A stretch of DNA of 64,000 nt, taken from contig OX597819.1 in NCBI GenBank assembly GCA_951406725.2, positions 108,438,001-108,502,000 on the forward strand, in the 5' to 3' direction. Below are positions 37,965 through 52,125 of the stretch, piece after piece (the first letter of the stretch is position 1; the number at the start of each line of letters is the position of its first letter). A program made the position numbers and the translations under genes. The notes beneath the pieces were generated by a model, which did no database searches, was not told the DNA's origin, and saw only the letters and a list, made by a program, of their open reading frames with translations. This DNA comes from Octopus vulgaris (lineage: Eukaryota).

Positions 37965-40900
37965 GTAGTACATCAATTAGTCTTGGTTAATTATTCCTTG
38001 TTTCTTTCCCTTCTCTCTTTCTGTCAGACTTTTCAAACACATTCATGCATGTGTGTGTTTGTGTATATGTGTGTATAGAAACAAATTGTGTCCCTTAAGT
38101 AATGTTGCCTTTATGTTTTATATATTTGAGAAATCTTCACACTTATTGGACATATGTCTCTATGTATTTGTATATAATAAGCTTGTTCATTTTTGAATGT
38201 TTATATTTTTCTAATTTACTAAAATATTACAAAACAAAAATTGAAATTGGGCAAGCTTATATATATTTCTGCTCACTGTTACATATGTCTGTGTTTTTTG
38301 TATATCACTGCCTAACTCTTTCTCTGTTGATCTCTTCTGTTTCTTAGAGCAGACGGGTTTGGTTTAATCCTGGATATTTAAAACTTTAAATTTATGTATT
38401 TGTATAATCCAATCAAAATTAATTGAACTGTTCTATAGACATTACCTAAAACTATCTATCAGGTTTCTCTTGACTGACAATCATTAATACGTGGAAATAC
38501 TGGTTATTTTCCCTCACATTTTCACAAGAAAAAAGATAAGTATATATTTACCAGTCATTGGAATCAGTGAATTGGTAGAGGCATATATACACACGCACAC
38601 ATCTGATTCTTCACACCAGTATCTGATAACCCTTAAATTGAAGACATCATCAATTGATGTTCCATTAGAGAATAGTGTACATCATCAATTGATGTACATT
38701 TGTACAATGTGGGAATCTCAAATTAATTTATGTATGCACCAGATGCAAAGAAAAATGAATAGTTTACAATACACCTCAATAATGAGATTGTAAATTTTAT
38801 TGTGTGAGGGACTAACAATTATAGTTTTTGTACTATAATTATAATAGTTTTTCTACTATATTATGATAGGTTTTGTACTATAAGTGAAAATGATTATTAT
38901 AAAAATAATTATGAAAATATTTATTATAAAAATAATTATTATAAAAATTATCCTTAAGGAAAAGAGATACTTTTTGTTTGTTTTTTGTCCATTTGGTACA
39001 CATGTTCATGCAACTGTTTCCTGCTGTTTAAGGTGAAACAGCATAAGCAACTACATTGTGTGTGTGTGGTTTAATCCATACTGCACCATGATTTGTAACC
39101 TGTACCTAGGTACTTATTACATGTCAATGGTGTCTGTAAACTTCCTATACTAAGTACCATTTACATTCCTACAGCTGTGTATGAAGCACATTGTTTTCAC
39201 ACACACATTTCAAGTTGGTAAGTTTGTTAAAATTTGGAAAATTGACTGTCATTAATGCATCAGACACAGTGCTTTACAGTATTTGTTGACTCAGTGCACA
39301 TTTTGAGTTCTAATCCTGCCATGGTCAACTTTGCTTTTCCTCCTTTGGGGGTCAATAAAAAAAAAAGTACCAATCCATGGCTGTCAGTAGGCAGGCCAGA
39401 GGCCTTGTATTATTTGTTCCCAATTTTTTTTTGTACTCTGCCATGACTGACTTAGGTGGTAGATTTTTTCCATCATCCAGATTAATGTTATAACTTGACA
39501 CCTTGGTTTCTGGTTTGAGGATACCTTCCTCCCGCTTTTCACCTTCTCAGAGGCAGGTTATAGGCACTACCTTACTTCTTGACTTAAAAAAAAAAATTAA
39601 TGAAATGAATGACAGTAGTATATAATGCTATCATTTAAAACTTGAAAATCTGCTACTTCTGCCTTAAGATTGACTACTTGTTTCTTTGTATACACACTAT
39701 TTCTGTTGTGTATATTACTACCATTGCAGTTAGTTTCTCTTTCTTTCATATGTGTGCATATACTTTAAATATTATACCTTTTATAAATACCAATTTGAGA
39801 GTGAAAAAGAATATCAAACCCAATGGTAGAGTGGAACTATACATATCTCACATGCTAATGAATGTTCTCAGATTGGACTTTACTATTGTTTTTATATATA
39901 TACATACATACACCCATGCAAGTGCCTTATTTTAAAAGATTCTTTAAATATTTTTATAAAGAGAGTTAGGAAGTATGCATATGCTCTTCTCTCACTAGAG
40001 AGAGACTATAAATAAACATTGACTAATCTCATGTCAACTATGATAAGGCAGGCCTATGATTGAAGACATTCCAGCCATGGTCAGCCTGCCTTTTACGGGT
40101 ATTTAGGACTACAGTATTTAATGTATTCTGTCCTTCTATAAGATAGGGCATGATTTATGGGGAATTTAGTTGCTATTTATCCTTCTGAATACTTTCTCAT
40201 TGGCTCTCAAATTTGTATGTTAATTACATAGAGGACAAATAAATACATCTGTAGTATAGGAGTTAATTATTTTCACCTTATGAGTTTTCTCCAAGAGACT
40301 GACTGAATTTGTTAAACTAAGAATCTTAGTTTATTACATAACCTTTCCCCTTCAAATATTGATTTTTTGCATTGGTTCAAGATCACACATTCTAGAGGAG
40401 GAATGTAGCTGCTTGAACTGATCTTGGTACACTCATACTTATTTGACTTCATAGGGGGAAAAGGAAAGTCAACAGTTGCCCTTTAAATATTTCAGTACTT
40501 TTCATTGCCACAAAGTCATATATTTGTAAAGGAGATTAAACAACTGGAATACTCGTTGTGGAAATATGAAACTATAGCAGTAGCTGATCTAATTCTGTAC
40601 ACCTCTACACTGCTGGTTTCTGTACATGGTGGGATGTTGTATGCTGGGTTGGGCTCAAACACATGTTACAACTACAAACAATGGCTTGTCTACATGTTTG
40701 TAACTTTTGTGATGTTTTGTTGTTTTTTTTATTTATATATGTATTATTTTTATTTTATTTTTGCAACTTTGTCACTTTTGATACTTATTAATGTTGTGTT
40801 TTTTTTTTTGGTTTAAAAATATTTATATGTATTTTAATTTATTTTATTGTTTTATTTTTCTTTTCACTGGGATAACACATTTCATTGACATAGTTACTGC

Positions 40901-42394
40901 TGAAACTATGTTGCCTTCTTTTCCTTAAATGTCAATATCCTTTTGTAGAGTTAAGATGATAAAGTGGTTAAATGAATGGGTCATCAGGTGAAATATGCTG
41001 GTGTGTTGTATTTCTTGATGGACCACAATATTCTACATTTCTTCAGTTTACTTATATAGAACTGCAGGAGGTTGATTTGCTAATATGCTGGGCAACCTGT
41101 GGAGGAGTTTGTTCATTTCCTCTCAACAACACTGTTGTATCATATAGACAAGATATTTAACTCACTCTTGCCAGCAGCTTAATCTATTGAGCTGTAAGCA
41201 GGCACACTGTAAGCAGTGGCCACACTGAAATTTCCTGGTCTTTAGTACTGAACAGAATCTCTTTTGTTGGGTAAAAAAAAAAAAACTATATATAATCTCT
41301 CTGCACATGTCAAGAGTGCTTTGTGTATTTCTCATCTGCTTAAACTCAAGTAATTAGTGTTGAGCACACTGGCCTTATTAAACATTGTGATTCTGAAAAA
41401 AAGGTTACTTAATCCTACAAGGAGCCTTTTACCAGCATTTACATTTTACATTTTCTCTGTCCTTGTTATTATCATCATGAAGGGCTGTAAGTGGCATTTG
41501 TGGTAAAGCATGTCTCTCTCTCCCTCTCTCTCTGGTGTTCAAATACTACTAAATAGAGATTTGTCTTTTTATCCTTGTGAGGCCAATACAATCCACTACA
41601 CCCAACTTTGTGGCCAAGTACATGTTGAAAACATCATCTTTTGTAAGTGGCAGTTGTAGTAGAGTTGTAGAATTTGTGTCCCTTTGTTCATTTGAGTTTA
41701 ACTCCCACTGAAGTCAAGTTTGCTTATTAACCTTCTAATGTCAGAAAAATAAGAACCATTCTAATCCTAGGGTTCATTAAATTGTCTATATCCTTCCACT
41801 TTAAATGTTGTTTAGTCCCAGGTTAAATTGGTCAAGCAACTTATGACAGAAGGTTTTTCGATTGTGACCAACCTGCCTTTTATTCAGACATATTATCTTG
41901 GATTATTATTCAATGTTGCCTTTTTGAAGAATTATGGTGTTGGTTTTAAGGGAGACTTAGCTGTTATTTTTAGTAAGACGAGTGATTGCATAGAAACGCC
42001 CTGCTATTAGTTATTGTGAGTTCTAAACTACTGATATATGATATATAACCAGGAATCTAACCAACTGGTTACTGTGGAATCTAACCGGTTAGTTGAGGAG
42101 GGACTGACAGCAGCAGGGGTCAGATTTAACTATTTCTTACTGTTCTTTCTATCTTTTGTGTTGTTGTTGATAGTGGTGATCAGGTGTCAATAATGGGTGA
42201 TACTGAGCGAGAGTGGTAATTGTTGTGTGTGAAGGTGTGGGAAAAGGTGAGTGAGTGATTGATGTATGTGGTGACTGGAATTATGTTGTAAGTGATAATG
42301 GTATTGTCTGTGTGAGTGTACAGTAAGTTGGAGGACTGTGCAGCGAAGCAGCATCAGCTGTTTGCATGCTTTACTTGTTACCCTGGTATTGTAG

Positions 42395-42577
42395 GCTCAT
42401 CTCTGTACACAGACGAGGGCAACACAATGCAGTCCCAGGGTTCCAACTACAGTGACATGTATGGTGCCGGCAACACATGCATGAACGATGACTCCAACTC
42501 TAACATGTCATTTCCTGACCAATCAAACCAAGAATACTCCCAGGACAGCACTGAGGCTGATTCTGACATGAGGATGG
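42395..42577 (+). CDS. BCL7: BCL7 coding exon
   Basis: tgtag|GC TCA...: SSLYTDEGNTMQSQGSNYSDMYGAGNTCMNDDSNSNMSFPDQSNQEYSQDSTEADSDMRM; donor G|gtaagt; 183 nt, phase 1-1. Confidence 0.85.
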
Positions 42578-42615
42578 GTAAGTGTGCTAAACTTTATCAT
42601 ATATCAACTCTGTAG

Positions 42616-42658
<43 letters not shown>

Positions 42659-44299
42659 TTGAATCTGTCTGAAACTCCTTATCAGTCTGAATTTATTCAT
42701 GAATCTATCAAGTAAAAAGAGAACAATACTTGGCTGCTAAAGGTTTCATGCTGATACACTCATTCATATATGTGTGAGTTGAAAATGTTCAAAATGTATT
42801 CATAATATCTTGAAACATGTTGAGGTATGGGGCCTGAATATATGCATCCGTATGAAACTTTTGATAGCACTGTATTCTACTTGTAATTTTATCAATTTAT
42901 TATTATAAATACATGACTGTATTTTTATATCATATATATATATAATTTTTTTTATATTTATCAAACATACTATGTTATGTATTCTCACACACACAAACAC
43001 ACACAGAGTACTTGTAGCCACATTCATACTATGATTTTACACTAGTATCTAGGGATTTGGATACAGTGATCTTCACTGGACTTTGTCTCAGCTGGTGAAG
43101 CAAAAGACAAGATGGCACTATATTATGTGATGTGTGATGTTACCTGTGCTCTCTCTGTTGTTGCTCAGAAAAGAGGTATCCATAATTTCATACTGTCTGC
43201 AAGTTGACATTATCTCTACCTTTCTGTGGTTTATGTATAATACTTCTCTGTTAAATATGAATTGCAGGTTTTGAACTATTATTGTATGAGGTGGCTCAAT
43301 CCAAGCTCGACCTTGTCGTGCCTGAAGACACACCTATCTTTTGCCAAGTGTGTTTTGAAAGCAATGTAATGTTTTCAACACAGTGACAAAGAAAACACTG
43401 CACCAATCACAAAATACATTTGGCAAAGTAAAGTAAGAATGAGTCTTGGGCAAATTCCACCCCAAACTGCAAGAGCTCAGAACATTCAATTTTATGCTTG
43501 ATTGAGAAATGTTATATCTTAAAATCATCCCACAGTAATAATTAAAGAAAGATAGAGTTAATTATCATTTTGCAGACACTGTATGGCATGTTCTTACTCT
43601 TGTTGGAGAAACAAACAGCACAAATAACATGACCTTGCCACCCTTATGTCTTTTGCTTCAATAACTTTACACAACATGTACACATCACAAAACACAATCT
43701 TACATACAATGTACTCATCACAATACGCAGCCTTACACACTGAATACTCACAGTAATGCACAACTTTCTACACTGTGTGCTCACCACAATATCCTTTTCA
43801 TTTATCCTCAATGTGCTCACCTAGTCCCTGTCCTCATCATACTGTTCAATTTGTTTCTCTCTAAAGAGATATGTCCTGATCTTTGGAAATGAACTACAAT
43901 TTGTTTCATTCCCCAAGAAAAGCAACTTCTCTAATCCTGCCAACTACAACAATCGATTTGGTATCTTAAAGTCAATGGAGACAGTCACTAACATCAACCT
44001 TCTCCAACCCCATGAATCTCCCTAATCTTAATAACCACCTGTACAATTTCATAAAAACCAGTTTTACAAGTGACCTACTCTTTTGCATTATTTACCAATG
44101 TGTTCTTGGCCTTGAGAAGTTTAGTGAAAGCCATGTTATTAGTAAAGCTTTTGGTTGTGTATGGCAAGCAAATCGAGCAAAACTGCTTGTTTTGGGGATC
44201 CATCTGTTTTGTATCACTTGGATCGACAGTGTACTCTAATAGAGCTCTCTCTAATCTACACTTGTCAACTTTGATGTGTCTCAGGATTTGGTTTTGTCC

Positions 44300-44990
44300 C
44301 TACACTTTTGCTCTTGTAAAATGACTTACTTGCCATCACTTCAAGAATGCCCACCCCTACACAAATGGTGCCACCCTTCATTACACCCTAACATCATTCA
44401 CATGAAACCTAGATATCTTACATCAAATTTGTGCTGACTCCACAAACAGAACAGATTCCCTGAAAACTCCCATCTATGAATCATGCTCATCTTTACTTTA
44501 GCAGCACAAAGATAAAATCACTGCACATAGCAAAGAACATCATTGCATTCACTCCTCTAAACATGAACAACATTCAACTAGAACCTGCACAGCTACTACC
44601 TCACTATCACTGATGATTTCTCCTAGTAAACACATCTCAACATAACAAAGCTGGCCTTCTTCTTTCAGATCCAGAAAATACTTCAGCCTTCAACCCAACA
44701 GCTACAAACCCTCTACAAAACTCAGGTGAGACTCACAATGAAGTACTGCTCCTATATATGGAATGGTGTTAACTATTATACACACACATACATACGCAAA
44801 TACATCTTAGTCTACATCCTAAGAAATGTCTCTGACTTGGCATGATGTCGCTTGCCAAAACCCCAAACTCTTCCCTATCTGTCTCTTCTACAGAGAATTC
44901 TCCTCAGAACTGGCTGATCTCATGCTACCTAGCACTCCCAACTCATACGTCTCTCTTCCTGTCATTCCCATCTTGCTTCTTTCTTCATTC
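44300..44990 (+). mobile_element. Decayed CR1/L2/Jockey-group LINE fragment
   Basis: QLQTLYKTQVRLTMKYCSYIWNG near 44698-44770 matches the LYKxxIRPxMEYCSxIW motif. Confidence 0.55.
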
Positions 44991-45352
44991 CTTGCACTAA
45001 CCACTACACCCAGTTCCCTCTCTGTAATTCCTTTCCTGTGCCTATTTTCTTGCGGTCATTGATTTGCAAATGTTCGAGCAAAATGTTAACGGCCTCAATC
45101 TCACTGACTTTGGAGAGCCTTTGAAGGTTGTGGGCACAGTCCCTTCCTCTAGATGCAACCAATGAAAAACAAAAACAGAGTGTACTTACAACTAGACACA
45201 GCCTTATACACACAACTCACACTGCGTACTCACCTTAACATTCAACCTTACACACTGTGTGCTGACCTCATCTCACAGTCTTGCATATAGTGTTCTCACC
45301 ACAACACAACCGTTCACACTGTGTACTCATCCTGGTGTTTCTCTTGTTACAG

Positions 45353-45415
45353 CGAGAAGTATGATGGGAGAAGACAGAACTTCCCAGCCAAAAGACAGTG
45401 CTGAAGACACAAATG
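45353..45415 (+). CDS. BCL7: BCL7 coding exon (63 nt)
   Basis: ctcttgttacag|CG AGA...: (A)RSMMGEDRTSQPKDSAEDTN; donor G|gtaggt; phase 1-1. Confidence 0.72.
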
Positions 45416-46436
45416 GTAGGTAGATGAAGGTTAGATAAAGGTTGGAGTGCCTTTACTGTTGTTGCTTTAACACAGGTGTCAATGTAATGGACAACCAACT
45501 TTACAGTGCCGCCCTTCAATCCTATGTTTCTCAGCCACCATGTTCTACTTTTACATATTTAAGGCTGCAGACTGTGAAGGAGGATTGACTTGCCATCATT
45601 TTGTAGTTTAATGTTTGTTTTATGATTTCGTTTTGAGATACTAAAATGTTGGTATCAGTGACTCATTTTCTTCACAGATGGCTGTTGATTAGGGTTTATT
45701 CTTGTCCCTTTAAGACAGGATAGTATAATAGAACAAATGATTCAGACATGCCTGCCATTTGTATGAAAAACAATGGGTAAGTTGATGTTGGCATATTCAA
45801 TACAGAGAGCATCTTAGAATTGTGTAATTTTAAAATAATTCTATTTTTCTGTCATTATTTCTGCAAGAAGATTGCTTCTCTGAAGAGGTTGGAATAAGAC
45901 CAAAATATATATAGAGTTGTCTTTTGTGCTTGCTCGAAAAATGAAAAATAATTGTCATTGATTAATATTTTTCTTGTTTTCCTATTATGTTTATTTCTAG
46001 TCAGTTTTTTAATATTTTATACATCAAATATATCAATACATATGTTAGCAATTGTTTTATGTGTGCTTTCATAACTATTTCTAACACTTTATTTCAGTAG
46101 TGTTCCTTTCCTAACTATTTTATAATAATTTGATCACTTCAGGAGTACCCCACCTCCATGTAAATGTCAGTTGCCAGTTATACTCATTAATGTTGTTGCT
46201 GTTGTTTAAAAACTGATGGGGTGGTAGACGGTTGGGCATGTAACCAATAGATTGTAGAATTTGGCTTACATTCTTTGTCCAATTCCTGCTGTGACTGACT
46301 TTAACTTTCATCCTTCTGGGTCTCAGTAAAATAGTTCTATGGGTTAATGTGCCATTCCCTCAAAAGGTGTGACTTTGTGTCAAGCTTAGAAATCATTAAA
46401 TCATAATAAAGAAATCACTGTTGTTGTTTGTTGTAG

Positions 46437-46522
46437 ATTCTGAACCGCCTATCCTGGAACCAGAGACAGATGCTGCTCCTGCTGTGAAACGTCACCGAAG
46501 GGAGTCTGGTAGTTCCAGTTGA
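46437..46522 (+). CDS. BCL7: BCL7 terminal coding exon
   Basis: ttgtag|AT TCT...: (D)SEPPILEPETDAAPAVKRHRRESGSSS*, resembling the EPPxL...PxxKR C-terminus of BCL7 proteins. Joined CDS is 205 aa without, or about 292 aa with, the cassette exon. Confidence 0.82.
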
Positions 46523-46879
46523 GTGAAATAAACTGGTGAAAAACACTCAACACTGCTACTGTGTGTGTATATGTCTATGTTTGTATGTGTGTATGTGCGT
46601 GTGTCTGTCTGTCTCTGTCAATCTGTGTCCATTAGTGTTCTTTCTATATTAAACTGTCACAGCTGCTGCTGTCATATCCATTAGTGAAGTCTTTCCCATA
46701 CTAACCTTTTCATATTTCACTTCATAGGTCAATCCTTTCCCAACAACATAATGAAAATGCTTTCTTCTTCGGTGAGCACCATAACAATTGGTTAACACTT
46801 GGTGAAGTGAGTCTGTGATACAGGTTCAATCCATGTTTGGAACTGTTTCACTTTACTCCATCCTTCAATACATATATAT

Positions 46880-47140
46880 ACATCACATGTTCCCAGGTCA
46901 GTGTGTACACCATGTGATCCCAGGGTGGAGTATACACCATATGATCCCAGTTCAGAGTCACCCACTTCATGATCCTAAGTTACTGTGTACACATCATGAA
47001 CCCAAGTCAGTGTGTATACCATTTTTCAGGTTGATGTGTATACTGTATGATCCTAAGTCTGGCTAGTTTGTATATTACATGATTCCAGGTTGGTGTACAC
47101 AGAATATTCATGATTTGAGGTCAGTGTGCAGCACGATTCC
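46880..47140. repeat. Degenerate ~27-bp minisatellite
   Basis: About 9-10 units like catgatcccaggtcagtgtgtacac. Confidence 0.7.
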
Positions 47141-47850
47141 ATGTTAAAAATAGTACTTACAGTTAGGTGTACCTCCCTGTGGTATTTACTTACATTAAAT
47201 TTAATCATTGAGTGTGATATAAGGTATGGACAACCATCTTCCTTAGATAGTCTCCATTACTCTATACACCCAGTCATCCATATTTGGATACAGTACACTT
47301 CTACCTCTGTTCACTTCACCATTTATAGAATAAGTACCAAATCACCCACTGGTGCTCTGTCCATGAAGAAAATTTAGGTCACATCTACTTAAGATCATGA
47401 AACCAGAATTACAGTCCAAGAGGAGATCCACTGTTACTTCATTCAATCTAATCTGTAAACTGTGTCTAGGATTACATGTTCTTTGGGTCACTACTAGATA
47501 TTTCATTTGCTACCAACTCTACCAAAAGTTTGACCAAGGTTTACTTGCAAATCAACCTCACTCTCTCTAAATTTTATCACCTACATCCCAACCTCTACTC
47601 TCATCTCCATTTTCATCTTTATTCCCCCTCTACTTCACTCATTCACTTTGACTCGCCTTCAGAATGTATTTTATATAACCTTTACTCAGGGATCATTACA
47701 TGTTAAGCCCTAGCCTCACCTGCCACTTGAACCCTGTTCCTATCATTTCATTGTCTTTGTATTTACCCTGTGCAGCATCAGAATTACCCCACCCTACCAC
47801 ATCTACCTTGTTAATGTCCCCAGTTATTAACTCGGCTCTCATCTCATTTA

Positions 47851-47886
<36 letters not shown>

Positions 47887-48076
47887 CCGTTACCTATTGT
47901 CAACTGTATGTGTTTGTGTGTGTATCATGCAGGAGTTCTCTCTGTAACACATATGACTCTCCTGAGCTTTTTCTTCATTTAAGGGTCACTGAGATCTTGT
48001 AAAGAAGCTAAGACCCATCTCTCCCCACTTCTAAGGTGTGTATCCAAGTGGTTATTAGTATTATTATTATTGCAAC

Positions 48077-48690
48077 TAAGGCTGTGAGCTGGCAGAATTG
48101 TTAGTGCACCGGACAAAATGCTTAGCAGCATTTCTTTCGGATTTTTACATTCTGAGTTCAAATCTTGCCATGGTCAAGTTTGCCTTTTATCCTTTCAGGG
48201 TTGATAAATAAAGTACCAATCAAGTACTGGGGTCGACGTAATTGGCTTACTCCTTATCCTAAAATTGCTAGCCCTGTGCCAAAATTTGAAGCCATTATTA
48301 TTATTACTAAAAATGATGGATGGCAGAATTGGTAGAACTGTGGACAAATGCCTTGGTATATTTAGTTACAAGGTGAAATTTGCTTTTCATCCTTCCAAGG
48401 TTGATAAAATAAGTACCAGTTGAATACTGGGGTTGATATAATCAACCATATCTCTCCTCTCCCCACCAAATATGTGGCCTTGTGCCGAAGTTAGAAATTG
48501 GGCAGTAGATGGCAGAATCCATAGAGTACTGGACAGCATTTAATTACTTTTCTTTACATTCTGAGTTCAAATCCTACTCAGGTCAATGAAATAAAATACT
48601 GATCAAATACTGGGGGGATTGATAGAATTGACTATATCCCCCCCATCAAAGTTTGTGGCCTTGTGCTAATGTTAGAAATAATCATTATTA
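48077..48690 (+). mobile_element. Tandem cluster of SINE family C (Nin/Deu-domain-like core)
   Basis: Three head-to-tail copies with gagctggcagaat..ctgagttcaaat..gcctttcatcctttcggggtcgataaaataagtacc and (ATT)n tails. Confidence 0.7.
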
Positions 48691-49687
48691 TTATTATTAA
48701 CCCTGCTTTGTAATCTTTCTCTTTGCTGTTCCTTTTCCCTCACCAGTGACAGCAACATCAACATCAGTAGTATTTTTTTTTTCTGGCTGTGTGAAGTTCA
48801 TTTTTATGTACATCAACAACAATAACAAAGACTTCTGGTTTTGTCAAAATAAAATAAACTTTAGTGAATCACCTTCTCAACTGTTTCTTTTGCTTTTTGT
48901 TTACTTTTTGTCTGTCTCTAAATTTCTACCAGCCCCACCTCCAATCATCAGTTTTTGCTCCTTTGTATCCATGGCTATTGGACACCCTTCTTCTACCATT
49001 TCTTTACTTTAACTGAAACTACCAAAGATTAACATTTTTCCTATCGTAGTTTGTGTGTCCTTAGATGTGCATAGTTTTATATATTGTAATATAAAAGTGC
49101 AGTGCTTCTAGCATTCCGCTGATCTTTGTAGAATGGTGAGGTCAGTATCTTTGAGTTGAATTTATCTAGATTGATGTATGTAGAGAAAGTTTAGATCAGA
49201 GGGAGTTCCAGAGGGTTACAGTTATAGCAGGAAAGGATTGGTGAAAGAATTTCTCATACATGGTGAGAGGAGGAGGAGGAGAGATTAGTGCATTAGGTTG
49301 GTTTTGTAACACAGGTAACGCAGTTTAATGGTTTAGAGAAGCAATAATAATTTTAGAAAAGAGGAGATGGGGACACAGCATGTCTGTGCTCTAATGTCCA
49401 TAAGTTGTTTATTTCCAATACAGTCATGATTGAAAAAACTAATGATTATGACCATCCTGTCTTTTTGTATATTAGAGACTGCATTGTCCAGTGTATCTTT
49501 TTTTCTCTTTAAGCTGATATGGAGGAAATTTGGCTGTTATTTTTAGATGTACAAGCTTCCTGAAGGTTGTTTACATATTAATTAAAGAGAATGTTTGCTA
49601 CTCAATGCAATGCTTATTGATAATAAAATCTAAAATGTATGTATGCACTTTGCTGATATGTGAGCAGTACAGCAACCAGGCACAGTA

Positions 49688-50130
49688 ATCTATAAGTCCT
49701 TGGACGAAAATTGAATGCACATTTTGCTTTGATGGTTAATGGCAGCCAAACCGAGGCTAGGATTGAGCTGAAAATTGGCAGGGATACTAAATGTGTGGTA
49801 AGGATGAGACCCGCGATGGTTAAAATTCGCAAGCTATAAAGATGTGGTTGCTATGACAAAAAGAGTGATTTTTTATTGATTCAAGGGGACTTTTCAAAAT
49901 ATGATGAAGGGGCAATAACAATAAAATGCTTAATCTATATCTATAAAACTGTCCTTGGATGAAAATTGTATGCATATTTTGTTTTGATGGTTAATGGCGG
50001 CCAAACAGCTGAAAATTGGCAGGGATACTAAATGCGTGGTGAGGATGAGACCCGCAGTGGTTAATATTTGTAAGCTATAAAGATGTGCTTGCTATGGCAA
50101 AAAGAGTGATTTTTTTATCAATTCAAGGGG
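49688..50130 (+). repeat. Direct duplication (~190 bp) of a probable Helitron-like 5' end
   Basis: 49696-49888 is repeated at 49951-50130; the second copy is preceded by a|tctatatctataaaa. Confidence 0.55.
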
Positions 50131-51758
50131 GCCCAGAGCCTCTCTAGGTTTGTGCAATTGGTTTTTAATGCCAAGCGGCATGCAATGCAGGCTGTTGTGC
50201 TTAATAAACATACATTTTGTCGCGAAATTCCGGCTACAAGGAATTGATTTTTCATTGCTTTTTGCCCTCATTTTCTTTTTAATCTTTTTATAAAATTGAA
50301 AGGATTTCGTCTATTTATTTCTGCTGTCCACTTACGACGGTGATTTGGTTGACTAGGAAAACTATACGTGATGAATATCCAATACCAAACTATCTTAATC
50401 TACATATTGAAACTGCATTAAACTTTGGTAAGCTTACCTTTGCCTATTCTGAGTTACTTGAAAGGTGATGTTCCCTTCCCTCTCTTCTGATTGTTGATAC
50501 CGTTGTTTCACTTTAAGGATGCTTCTTTACCCAGCCATTATGATATTTGGACTGCTGTCTATTGTTTCAAATAGGTTTTAGCATTGTCATTCTAGCCTTT
50601 TTTAAACACTCACATATGATTTGTCCCAAAGAATCAACCTTTAAATAAAAGTTTTGCTTCCACTCATGAAAGCTATACGTATCTTTCAGGAAGCTCCATA
50701 CCAATTTAACTTTATACAGCATTCGCTGTTTATGTGCACGCTATGTGGAAAGATAGAATAAAGGGGCTTTTGTTAGCTTTTCTCTCCGAAAAAAATAGCT
50801 CCCTTTGCTGTTGAAAAAGATACTCACAAAGGGGAAGTTTCAACATCTTCCTTCAATTTCCTTACACCAAGAAATTTCGCTTTTATGTTAAACAACTATA
50901 TTTTGTAGTCATCATCCATAATCTACTCCCAAAACACTTCAGTAGCTCTACTTTACATCGCTTGCAAACTTATATGTTCTATGATAATCAAAGTGCAACA
51001 ACCTCCACAATAACCAGCCTTCAATTTGATTTTCTGTTCCTAGGTTAATCGGAAACAGATTGCCATGCTACACATAAACCTTTTCTGTAGTTCAATCATT
51101 TGGTGAAAAAAATACCACAAAAGCAACTTAAACTGTCCAAAGGACAGGTGCGTTTGCTAGTTCTGACAATACATTAGACAGTTTATATGTTACAGCTGTT
51201 GACCCTATTAACCACCAACACAGAAGCAATGAAGAGTGAACATGGAACAGTGGGAGGGGGAAAACATCTTGAATAACAATGGCAATTTCTGATTTGATAG
51301 AAACAAAAAGCAGAACTACAACAAAGATGAGCACCTTGATATCCCTATAACAGCATTTTTATTTATTTATTTTCTAGGCAGAAGTTAAGGTAGTGCTCTT
51401 GACCCTTTTACAATACCACTGAGGTTGGTAGGGTAGAGAGGTCTCCTCACCTGAATATTTGCAACAGTGGACTCCACTAAAGATACCCACGGTGTCAGGT
51501 GGTACTTTTAGTCTATGACACAAGTAAGCCATAGTAGGATTTGATATTAAAACAAACAGCTGGAGCCCAATGTTCTTACGGTTCTACTAATCTGTTGTTC
51601 TGGATTAGAACTATGAGTCTGAAAGGATGAAATGCAAAGTTGAGTTCAGAATGTGCCAAGTTGGAACAAATACCACCAGGCATTCTGGCTGATGCTCTAA
51701 TGACAATACATTGTCTTGATATCTGTAGGAAAAATAAACTTTAATATATATATAGCTG

Positions 51759-52125
51759 CAGGCATGGTTGTGTGGTTAAGAAGCTCGTTTTACAACCATA
51801 TGATTTCAGGTTCAGGCCCACTGCAGGTGTCTTCTATTATAGCCCTGGACTAGCAAAAACTTTGTGAGTTAATTTGGTTGACAGAAATTGTGTGGAATCC
51901 CTTTGTGTGTGTGTGTTTCTTTCTCTCTCTCTTTCCTTTGTTCTGGCACCACTTGACCTAGACAACTGGTATTGGTTTGTCCCTATAATCTAGAAGTTTG
52001 ACAAAAGACTGATAAAAAAAGGGCTAGACTTTAAAAAAATAAGTACTGGGGTCAATTTATTCAACTAAAACCCTTCAAGTTGGTGCCCCAGCTTGGCCAC
52101 AACCCAGAGACTGAAACAAATAAAA
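51759..52125 (+). mobile_element. tRNA-headed SINE (family B)
   Basis: ggcatggttgtgtggttaagaagc...ggttcaggcccactg head and shared body. Confidence 0.6.

Noticed and set aside
42316-42615. Stand-alone 99-aa gene
   Set aside because: The open frame is explained by BCL7 internal exon 42395-42577 with canonical splice sites.
51759-51830. tRNA gene
   Set aside because: Only degenerate A/B boxes heading a multi-copy SINE; no complete cloverleaf.
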